From: Pseudogymnoascus verrucosus
Taxonomy: Eukaryota
Assembly (NCBI GenBank): GCA_001662655.1
Contig: KV460278.1
DNA length: 64,000 nt
Reading direction: 5' to 3' (one strand)
The translations under genes and the position numbers were made by a program. The notes under the pieces are model-generated. The model saw only the letters and a program-made list of their open reading frames with translations. It searched no databases and was not told the origin of the DNA. Below, piece by piece: positions 51,045 through 64,000 of this stretch. How positions within the stretch are numbered: position 1 is the first letter of the stretch; each line of letters opens with the position of its first letter.

Positions 51045-51068
51045 GGGGGAGGGGGAGGGGGAGGGGGA
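51045..51068 (+). repeat. (GGGGGA)4 perfect G-quadruplex motif directly after the stop codon
   Basis: Four G5 runs with single-A loops following TGA TAG. Confidence 0.8.
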
Positions 51069-51726
51069 AAGGATAACAGGACTGACGACTAACGTGGAGC
51101 TGGGCTACGCGTTGTAAGTGCGATGTTGATGAGATGATTACGATGATGAGTTTATGTCTGAGCGATGGATGGATTCATATTCGTATACCCTTTTGCGAGG
51201 AGTGGTATTGTTTTTGGGTGGGTGGCTGGTTGGGGGTGTATTTTACGACTTTGTAATATTGGATATATGGGAATTAACTGACGAGGAGGCATTTTACTTA
51301 ACGATAACAAATACTATTTTCTCTACTTGAAATCTATGCGATGAATAGCGCGATCGAAGGTGATTTATTAATCACAGGGGAATCACTCTAGGCCCCGGTG
51401 CTACTGTGACAATGTACTTCTACAGTAATATATGTTCTTTTGCCAGTCATTACAGAGGAGCTTCTCATCATCACACTGTCACCGTCCATCCATCCGTCCA
51501 TCCATTCCCAAAATGACCCTTTTACTCCCCCTTATCCGCGCCAGCGTCTGAAATTGCCCTTTTAAACCCCCTTCTTCCCTTTCGCCATGAAACGACAAAA
51601 ACAAGATGCAATATTACTCAACCAGCAAGTGCATCAAACCAAGAAGTCTATATAAAGCTGACAAAGCCCATCCCATCCTGTGACGCTCCTCCCGGGAAAG
51701 CATCACTCATGATCGTCCTCATCTTT

Positions 51727-53145
51727 TCAGAATCGGTTGTCCTTAGGAATGTTCGCCCCACCATTCTTATACCTTTCCTTCGCCGCCAAGTATGCCGCCG
51801 ACACCCTCTCCGGGTCATACTTTGGGGCATATGAAGGAGCCAGGACGTCGACAAGCGCGTATACAATGCAGAATGCGATGATGAACATGAGCATCCTCCA
51901 CAGGAACGGGCGGCGTGACGACATCGATCTCCAACGCTGGCTGGCCATCTCCAGATGTGTCCGCACCTGCTCGCCGCCGAGTTTATAGTACACCAGACCT
52001 CCTAGGGCGATGGCATATCCGATAAACTGGAGGGGCGTGACGATGGTGCCCCAGATCATCATCGAGGCTACTACAAGGAGGATATCCTTGAGAACACCAC
52101 AAAGCGTGAGCACGAGGGAGGACGTCTTTCCGATGAGGAAGACCACAGATACGTTTAATGCAAACGCCACCATAGCGTTGAGGGCAAAGTTATGCAACCC
52201 AACTTTATGGACATCCTCCATTGAGACTTTCGGCACCTCCCAGGCTAATGCGATCAGGCCATTGAAGACTGTGCAGACCGGCGCAAAGTAGTACAGCGAC
52301 ACGAGGGGGTCCATCTTCGAATCAGGGGAGTTGAGGAGCCGTTGCACCATGACGAGTCGCACGGCTTCGAACATGATACCACCGCATTGGAAGAGGAAGC
52401 CCAGCATCACGAATTTAATCTCTCCAAACGAGGCGAGGACGACGCCGATGACGATGAAGGACACGTTGAACAGCACGCGCATGTTGGGCTTTTGAACCCC
52501 GAAGAACCAGCCTGTTATGAGGACGGCCACTGGTGTCGTCGCCTACTTCTAGTTAGAAAATGCCCTCAGTGTCGATATGCGCTTGGGTTGGGCCTACCTT
52601 GAGCATCTGGATGAATGCAACGCTGAGGTATAGGTACGTCAGGTTTCCGCATATCAGACTAAGACTGTAAACTATCCCTATGGGGAGGATAGTCCGTATA
52701 TACATGCGCGTGTTCATGCGAACATTCTTTCGTCCATCGAGGAGGGTTGTGGTTCGGGCCATGATCTGCGTCATTACAGTCGCAAAGAAGAGATGCCATG
52801 CTGTGAGAAGCACAGGGTATCCTGGATTGTTTATTTAGCCATTGCAAACGATATAGGGTGATTCGGGGTGATTTACGGAATTCTTGGGAATCGAGGATCC
52901 ATTTGTTGAACAGAATGACGCTGGAGCTCAGCGAGATCCAAATCCTGAGGGGGCCAAAAGTTAGAAATTATGAACAGCGAACTCTTGCGGACAATAAATG
53001 CTTACACAACATAGACTGAAGGATGTAAGGCCGGAGAGTCTGTATCTTCCTCCTTAACATCCTGAATGACCCTTGGCAACGATGGCTCGATCTTCTCTAA
53101 GCGGGGGTCATCTCCAGAATCTAGGCCCCTATCGTCTGCACTCAT
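51727..53145 (-). CDS. glfB: UDP-galactofuranose transporter (TPT/nucleotide-sugar transporter family), 4 exons
   Basis: Motifs WISLSSSVILFNKWIL, YLYLSVAFIQMLK and LIGKTSSLVLTLCGVLKDI. Substrate is inferred from adjacency to UDP-galactopyranose mutase. Confidence 0.85.
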
Positions 53146-54669
53146 GGTTGCGCTCTGGGAGAAAGCGCAAGGTCAAGGGGCACAAATGCGCAGGGGGGAG
53201 AAGCTATTCGTGCAGCTTTGGCAGATTTGGATATATATACTCAATGGGCCGTTACGAGCAGCGAAATGGGGTGGTTTTGTGGTGAGGGCCAGATAAACAA
53301 GGAGCACAGAGCAGGCAGAGCGTGGCAGGTATAGGAGATGGATGCTAAAAACGTGCCATGGTGTTCGTCATACGTCTGCCCGTCTAATAAGGCAGTACGT
53401 GAGCAAAGATGTATGGTCGATTGGCTTATGAGCTAGAGAAATATGGCTCTACCAGATCGACGGTGTTGGTTTGGCATGGAAGGTACAGACAGAGAGAGAG
53501 CGCATAGAGAGTAGAGTTACCATAGCCTCACATGTTGGTTGGCGTGGTACGTATGTTGAGTGGGGAATAGAGGCAGTGTACTGCCGGGCGGTGAAGGGAT
53601 GGAAGTTACAAAAATGGCATTCCTCCCACAGTTCAGAAAGGTAGCAAGGTGGCACTTTCACCTTCTTGGCACAGCTCGTACAGCGGAAAAGGCTCTAAAT
53701 ATGTCCGCCGGTTGCAAGATGATGATGTAGGCAAAATACATAAATATACCAATTGGCTGCCAATTGTCTTCTATGTACTGGGGAAAAAAATACCAACTTC
53801 TACGCCAGGACGACTGTCAACACAGGGGGGACGAGGAGACTTCGACTTAAAACTGTTTGAAGATCCAAGAAGATCTAGAAGATCCACAGATGATCAGATC
53901 TTGGTACAGCGATTACGTGGAGCAAGCACCACTTCTCTTTCCACTTCTCCTTCCCACTTGTGACGTCGATTGTCGATTGTATACCGTGATATACACATAC
54001 CTCCACACATTGGAGTCTGCAATTGAAACAAAAGAAAATGAAGCCACGTACTGACATACGATTATGTACGTAAGTCCGTTCATCCTCGGGTTGATCTTGC
54101 GGCGGCCCTTGTTGGAGACCGCAGACGATCGGAGGGAAGCTTCCACTGTTCTATTGGGTACAGTACCGCAGCAATCTGAAAACAGCTGTACTATGATTGT
54201 ACTAGGACTGTACTCTCCTCTGCTGTACCTGCATTCGCTCCTGCTGATCGACGGATGAAACTGCGCCAACGTTGCTTGAACGGAGTTGGGATCAAGCCAC
54301 CCGAAATAGCAAAAGTACCTCAAAATACATGTGCAGTACTGACTTTAGACTACTGACCTGTACTGCAACAAATCATGGAGCTTTGGCTTGTGAGGGACGG
54401 AAGGCCATGATCCTGGTCGACCCCGCCACTTCCCTCTTTACCCTACCATACATACCCTTATGCCTATTCGTGACCGCCCTGGCCCGTCATGGCTTCTCGA
54501 ATGGTACGAGATTCAACAGTCGCGATTCATCTAGGAACCATATCTCCGTTCCTCAGTAATTTCTCTCCTGATTCCTCTCTTATAGTGACTACATGTTGCT
54601 ACACAACAATCAACTGAAGTTGCTGAAAAGATCACTCGTATTGATTGGGACACGAACGCTACATTCAAA

Positions 54670-56708
<2,039 letters not shown>

Positions 56709-57534
56709 AAGCGAGGGCCGAGTCATTGCTGTGGAGTTGGGGGTTCAATGGGGGTACAGGATATAGACCTGGTGCAACAGTAACTAGGTAGAGAGACAGG
56801 GCAATATCCTTGTGCGCTGTTTGGGGCATTATCTTGGTATTGGAGTTGAACGGTAACTGGTAAATTGGGGGTTGGTTGGGGTTCACAAAAGGGGCGTGTC
56901 GGGGTTAACGGCGTATATTAGACCGAGTTGTTCTTTTAACATGTCTTTATTAATGATAATCTTGTCAACAATCTTAGGTCAGACTGCAGTGTAACATTTA
57001 GAATGAATGTCTGGGTTGGATCGAAGTTTTCTGTTTCTTATCTGTGCCACCAAACCTCCAGCTCGTGGCGGCGCAATGACGTAAGGAACGCACCCTTGCG
57101 TTTCATTGTCTCAGATGGACGGCCTCAACGTCTTTTGCCGCCGCCGATTGAGTTTTTTGACGCGATATTTTGGTTCGCAAGTGTCAACTGTCAACTAACA
57201 GTAGTGCGCCATTAGTGCTCAGTAAATTCCTTAGTAGACATTTCCTTTGTGCCTCCCTAAAAGTGTTGTGATCAATGGGGGGTTAATGGGCTAAAGTAAT
57301 TTAAGCTTCTATAGCGCGTCATACTGCAGATTACGCCAAGGCTTTACCGTAAGTAGCAAAGCGCCATTGCTGAATTCACATCGACACCGTTAGTTGGGTG
57401 TCCATACAAATCAGCCTTCCAACCAAAACGACACTAAACTATCCCAATACGTATCGCTCTCCATTTTATTGAGTCTCGCTACTCATGGTATACCTCCTGC
57501 CATCCAGAAGATGAGCTGAGAGTGCGTTGTAACC

Positions 57535-60500
57535 ATGGATGGTCCTGTCGGTGCTGTGGAAGACCACCACATACCGCCTCCCCGACTTTTCGAGCGACTA
57601 CGCCAGATCCGCGGGTACACCTGGGACGAGACCCGGCCGCCCATTCTCTCGAGCTACGATAACTGGTATGGCGAGCACGCAGACCACCAAATGAGCAGGG
57701 AAGGGCTAACGTTACGATAGGCGTGTCTTCGGCACCAAACATGGCGCGCCGACTTCAGTAGGACCCTTCAAAGATGCCGCCGACCCTAAGAGCTATTTGC
57801 ACACCAGTGCGAGCAAGAGCTCCTTAGCTACATACCGCGAGGCCGAGGGTGCCCCTGGCGTCAACGACAGCGAGACAGCCGAGCCACTGGTCCAAGTCAT
57901 TGCGAAAATATCAACGCACACGCTGAGGGAGGAACGGACATTCCATATCTGCTCGAACCTGTTCCACTCGGTCGATCCGCAGGGGAACCATATAGTCAGG
58001 CCAGTAGACCTGCTTAGGTTGGCCCCGCAACAGGGTGATAAGGGTCCATTCGTGGTCTCCATCTTCGAGGCCCCTGGGAAGAACTCCCTCCTTAAGTATA
58101 TAGAGTTTGGCCCAGCGGGGCAAAATCTACAGAGAGCATGTGAGCTAATCCCCCTGCCGGTTTTTCTTGACTTCGCTATTGGAGCAACGGAGTGTCTCGA
58201 GATTCTACACCACGGTCAACGTATAGTCCATGGAGAAATCAGAGGCGATGCGTTTCACTTCGACGAGACTACAGGTCAAACTCGGCTTATTAACTTTGGA
58301 TCTGGGCTGCGGTCGTTTGAGCATGGACTCACGAGCCATGGCTGGTCAACGTTGTCGAAGGAGGCTGGCGCAAAGACCAAGCTGTCGTTTATAAGTCCGG
58401 AACAGACTGGACGAATGCCCGCAGAGCCTGATAGTAGAACCGACATATACTCCTTGGGGATACTTTTCTGGACCCTTCTCACGCAAAAGCCTGCCTTCGA
58501 TGGCCCCACTCCGATGGACATCATACAAAGCGTTCTCGGAAGGCGGCTGCCATCCGTGTCGACAGTCAGACTCGAGGTCCCCGATATACTAGGCCGTATT
58601 ATAGCGAAAATGACAGCTAAGGACATCAGTGAACGATATCACTCCGCTAGCGGACTTCGTCATGATTTGGCCGAGGTCCAGAAGCTACTTGGGAATGGAG
58701 ATTCAGCAGCCTTGGCCAATCTGAACCTGGCCACCAAAGACGTATCTTCGTTTTTCATCCTCCCATCGATAATGATCGGCCGTGAAGAAGAGCGGGATGA
58801 GATCGTCAAAATTATCGACAAAGTATCCAAGGGGCATACAACAAGCCAAAAGCAGAGCCCCAACGTGCTCTCGTCTCGATCCAGCATATCAGATGGCCAT
58901 CCTGAGTCCTTGGATATCGTAGACGACGTCAGCGAGCACACGAGCTCAGCGGGAAGTAAAAGCAACGGCACAGCGATATCTGGGCAGAACGCTCACCGAT
59001 TACACCATGCTTTATCGTCTGCCTCAAGGGCAAGTTCGCAGTCTCACGCAACCAAGGATTCGGCGCATGGGGACACCCAGCCGAAACCCCGGAACAAAAA
59101 TACCTCAGCACAGTTCGACTCTCAAAGCACAACTGGAGGGATGTCCACGAGTAGCGACACGCAGAGGAGCACGTCTGAAGGGGCTGGAAGCATAAGCCAG
59201 AAGAATGTGCACAAGTTCAGTAGGAAAGGACGTTGCGAGGTCATCTCCATTGCTGGGGCTGGCGGCCTGGGCAAGAGCCGCCTTGTCCACAGTGTCCAAG
59301 TTGAGGCTCGGCGACGTGGATACTTTGCTTCCTCAAAGTTCGACTCCGCTCAAAGGACTCCATTCGGCCCGTTACTCAAACTATTATCATCCCTTTTTAA
59401 GCAAGTCTTCTCTGAGAGCGATACTGATACGCCATTCCATCAAATCCTGAAGCATTATGTTAGACCTGTTTGGCCAATTCTCCACAAAGTCCTCGGCCTC
59501 CCAGAATTCTTACTGGGATCTGACAATACACCGAATCGCCGTCCATCACAGCTCCAACCGACTTACAATAAAAGTATACGCGCCGACCAAAGCCGACGAG
59601 ACTCAACCAGCACCCGGGTTAGCCTCTATAGCATTTCCCTTGCCTCGCAAACCTCCCAAGAGTTCCTTCGAGCCGGTTCAGCCACGAAATCAGCGAGGTT
59701 AATGAACACATTCCTCGACGTTTTGCGCGTCTTTGCCCAGTACAAATTCCTCTGCTTCTGTCTGGATGATCTTCAGTTTGCCGATGATGAATCTCTGGAA
59801 CTAATATCCCAGCTCATCTCTTCCAAGATGAAGGTTGTTCTAATTGTGACTTACAGACCCGAAGAAATGTTGCCGGAGCAGATCAAAAGCATTATTGAGC
59901 CCCCTGGGGCAGACGGGCTCCGTAAGCATATGCCACACCACCCACATCAAATGATTACTTGCTAACACACACAAGGGAACATTAAAACTGGTGGAGTGAG
60001 CGTAACAAGAATCGTATTGAAGCCATTAACCGAGGACGATATAGCCCAATACGTGGCTGAATCGCTGCGACGCCCAGCTGAAGATATTATCCCTCTTGCG
60101 GCAGTCATTCAGTCAAAATCGGCGGGAAATCCATTTTACATGCGTGAGATGCTTAGCGCTTGCAACCGGAAAGGATGCATCTTCTATAATTATCAGAACT
60201 CTGTTTGGGAATACGACCTGGATCGAATATTTAGAGAATTCTCGACAGAAACGTATCATGATACTCTCAATAACGACTTCGTTACCCGCCGCCTCAGCGA
60301 GCTACCAGCCACAAGCCGATCTATCCTAGCCTGGGCCTCGCTACTTGGCACATCGTTCTCCTTTGAACTGATCCAGCGACTTCTCAGTGGAGAATTTGAT
60401 TACAACGATGATGACGAATGCTCTATAAAACATCCCCCGTCGCCAGGTGAAGAGCCGATATCCTTCACCCACTCTCAACAAGATGCTGTTGCTGGCCTAC

Positions 60501-63500
60501 AGGCGGCAATCCAAGCGTATATTGTAATGGCGACAGAAGATGATGATAAGTTTCGATTTGCGCACGACCGGTATATACAGGCAGCGTCGTCATTGGAAAT
60601 GAGGAATGTAGGAAAGATGAACTTTGTGATCGCCTGCACACTTCAAAAGTACTACTCGTTGGATGAGAGGCTACAAGAGTCTACAGCTGCCCATATCTGT
60701 GCATCTGTTGATATTATTAAGAGGCGGGTAACCCACCGACAGTCCTTCCGGAAGATACTTTTTGAAGGCGCCCAAACGGCGGCTGAGAACGGCGCAAGGC
60801 CGACAGCTGCCAAGTATTACGATCATTGCTTCGCCTTACTTCAAGATTCTCCGTGGGATGACGAGAAAGAGGATTGCTACTACGAGGAGACTCTTTCCCT
60901 TTACATCCGAGCGGCCGAATGCCACCACTTTATGGGGCACTTTGAAGAGACCACCCGCCTCCTCAACACTCTCTTGGAACACGCGAAAACAGCCGTCGAA
61001 AAGTCTCCAGCCTGGGTACTACAATCTCGTATGTATGCCCAGACCGGGGACTCTGCGTCGGCTTTTAAATGTCTCCGCGTTTGCCTGTCTGCGTTGGGCA
61101 CTGATGCAGATGAGAGCCCTACCTGGGAGAAATGTGATCGGGAGTTCGACAGGCTTTCATTGAAGCTCGGAAGCATCGATCAGAAGGAGCTGAGCATGCG
61201 ACCATTAGGATGCAAAAGCTCCAATCTCGAAGCCGCAGGTGCTGTACTTGTGGAGATCATTGCCGATGCATTCTGGTCGGATCGTTTGGTCTATTATAGC
61301 ACCTCCCTGGTGATGGTAGATACGTGCCTTACGCAGGGAAACTTCCCGCAATGCGGCCTGGCGTTTATGCACCTAGCTACTATCGCCATCTCGAGATTCT
61401 CAATGATTGAATTCGGTAGTCAGATGGGTAACCTCGCCCAAGACATGATGCACCAGTGGCAAGATCCATATACCCTTGGCATTGGTGGCACAATATACTC
61501 TTTGTTTGTTGGCCACGTTCAAGCGTCGCTGTCAGAGTCTATCGACCAGCTTGAAGGGGCGCTGGAATATATTATTCAATCCGGTGATCGAATCTCGACA
61601 ATACTAAACTTTGGTGTTGTCGCCTTACTGAAGCTCTTCGGCTCAGAACACCTCGCTGATATAGAATCCTTCTGCCAATTCGGATGCGAAGAAATTCCAA
61701 ACTGGCAAGAAGACTGCCGGGGTGGCAGTATGTTGATCGCAGTCCGTCAGATGTGTCGTGCTCTACAGGGCAAGACCAACACTGGATCTGCTGAGCATGT
61801 AATGAGCGATGAAAGCCATGACACCGCTGAGTATTCAAACTGGATAAAGTCAAGGGTCGGCGCGATGGGCGACAGACCGATCTTACTCTACCAAAGTCTC
61901 CAAGTGGCGCCACTGTTTTTGTATGGCCACTACAAGAAAGCTGCCGAGCTCTCACGTGAATGCTTTGATAACCTAGACTCAGTCTGGTCAGCAAGAAACA
62001 CGCGCTTCACGATGCTATTCTACGGACTATCCCTCAGTGGTCTCATTTGGCAAAAGGCCCAGGATCCACGCGTACCTGATAAACGTTCGCTTCCCGCTGA
62101 AATTGGCGAAGTTCTGAAAGAGCTGACGATGCTGCGAAAGAAGATCGTCGAGTGGCAGGCAATTAACGACGTTAACTACTTGTCCTGGTCGACTCTGTTG
62201 GACGCGCAGATAGCAGAATTAGAGGGAGATCATGGGTCCACGATAAGCTTCTACGAGGCATCGCTAGACCATTCTGCCGTCCATGGGTTCATTCTCGAAG
62301 AAGCTCTTGGTAATTATCTGTTGGCTGGGTATTTCCTCCGCCGTACCGCTCGCAGATCAGCCAAATCAGCGCTCCGCGAAGCTATGAGCCTTTTTGGACA
62401 GATCGGTGCAGTCGGTGTTGTCCAGCATATCGAAACAGAGCACAGCCTGCTTATCCAAGGACCCACGGGTAGCTTGCGAAGGACAGAAGTAGGCACGCAG
62501 ACCGATTTTGCGGGTGACTCAGCAACGGTGCAATTCGATACGCTGGAAAACAGCGGAACTGAGGATCGCCTACATCCCACTGGATCCCCTGCGGAAACTA
62601 AGGGTGACCGGATTGATGCGTGGCAATTGGGCTCTGCGCATGACGATTCTGGATCTGGGGTGCCAGCATTGGATATGTTGGATCTTAGCTCTATTCTGAA
62701 AAGTTCGCAGGTCATATCATCGGTTTTGCAAGTGGACCAACTGCTGAAAACCATGTGCGAAATTATCTTGGACAACTGCGGTGGTCTGGCATCTTTGGCT
62801 GCAATTATAGTGGAAGATGATGACCCTTCGGGCTGGAGTATCGCCGCCAGTGGCGATCCCGAGAATGGTGCCGTTGCTCATATGCCTGGACTCCCATTAA
62901 TCGAGACGCCACTTGTGGCTTCCAGTGTCATCCTCTACTGCACGAGGTTCCGGGAAACTGTTTTCCTGACTGATCTCACCCATGACGAGAGATTTAGTAA
63001 CGTTGCTGATGACTGGTGGATAAAGAATCCCCTAGGGAAGTCGGTGATTGCGATCCCGATCTCTCACGGCGTCAAACCGCTCCTAGGTGTTCTTTACCTA
63101 GAAGGGCAACCAAACGCCTTCACGGACCGCAATCTTACGGTTTTACAGTTACTAGTCAACCAGATTGGTATCTCCTACTCGAATGCCCTGACCCTGAAGG
63201 CAATCGAAAAGGTCTCTGCTTCGAATATATCAATGGTTGAGTCGCAAAAGCGGGCTCTTGCCAAAGCAAAGGAAGCAGAGATCAAGTCTCGACGAGCCGA
63301 GTCGGAAGCTATCCGGAATGTCAAACTTGCCGAGGAAGCAGCGAAGGCAAAATCTATTTTCCTCGCAAATGTTTCTCACGAGTTGCGAACTCCACTTAAT
63401 GGTGTGATTGGAAATTCTGAGCTTCTCAAGGACTCGGATCTAAGGAAGGAGCAAGCCGAGATGGCCGATTCTATTCGGGTTTCGGCTGACTTGTTGTTAA

Positions 63501-64000
63501 CCGTGATCAATGATATACTTGACTTCTCCAAGATGGAAGCCGACAAGATGAAGCTCTTCATTGTAGCCTTCAATGCCGATGAAATGTTACGAGAGGTTGT
63601 CCGATCTGTTTCTTACAGCAACAGAGACAAGAGAAGCACTCGCGAGGTGGAGATATTACAGGATATCAACCTCCCTCAGGCACTCATTTACGGCGACCCC
63701 GTCAGGCTTCACCAAGTTATTGGCAACTTGATTGGCAACAGCTTGAAGTTCACGGAGAGTGGATCTATAACTGTGGGCGCTCGAATGGACAGTGAGTCTG
63801 CGGACGACATACAACTCACATTCTGGGTGAGAGATACTGGTATCGGCATTCCGCCATCACAGCTTGCAAAGCTCTTCAAGCCCTTCAGTCAGGCAGATGC
63901 CAGCACGGCTCGAAAATACGGCGGTAGCGGTTTAGGCCTCAGTATTTGCAAATCATTAATCGAATCAATGATGAAGGGTATGATCAAGCTCGAAAGTACG
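57535..64000 (+). CDS. Large hybrid histidine kinase with kinase-like, P-loop ATPase, GAF, HisKA and HATPase domains (group X / Chk1-Mak2/3-PhkA type); truncated by the window end
   Basis: Kinase-like FISPEQTGR..DIYSLG; Walker A GAGGLGKS; Walker B-like LDDLQFAD; GNPFY; GAF region; H-box FLANVSHELRTPLNG (about 63358-63403); DTGIGI and GGSGLGLSI. Exon 3 is open from 59976 to the edge, which is why the ORF track omits it. Confidence 0.93.

Noticed and set aside
59966..64000. Apparent 4-kb gap lacking a long ORF in the track
   Set aside because: It is the open third exon of the histidine kinase, which has no stop before the window edge.

Overview
Gene-dense, intron-rich chromosome segment from a filamentous ascomycete (standard code; short ~50-60 nt GT..CTAAC/CTGAC..AG introns; Leotiomycete/Pseudogymnoascus-like by impression only). 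It contains 17 protein-coding genes that I spliced by hand from the ORF fragments: neurofibromin/Ira2-type RasGAP, Rat1/Xrn2, Uso1/p115, cytosolic IleRS, Sfi1, Rav1, a YSL-clade OPT transporter, PRMT3, HymA/Mo25, Ssr3/Snf12, two hypothetical proteins, PDK1/Ksg1, a BTB-like protein, the divergent galactofuranose pair glfB/glfA, and a group X-type hybrid histidine kinase that runs off the right edge. The first ~300 bp are AT/TpA-rich and hold a 64-bp TA-flanked inverted-repeat element. I found no CRISPR array, rRNA or convincing tRNA. Nothing here is demonstrably a new biological system. The best leads are a 601-aa disordered protein starting with a Cdc26-like APC/C motif, the miniature Tc1/mariner-like element, the Galf/PDK1/BTB/histidine kinase neighbourhood, and a recurrent C-to-G skew switch with a perfect G-quadruplex motif at gene 3' ends.
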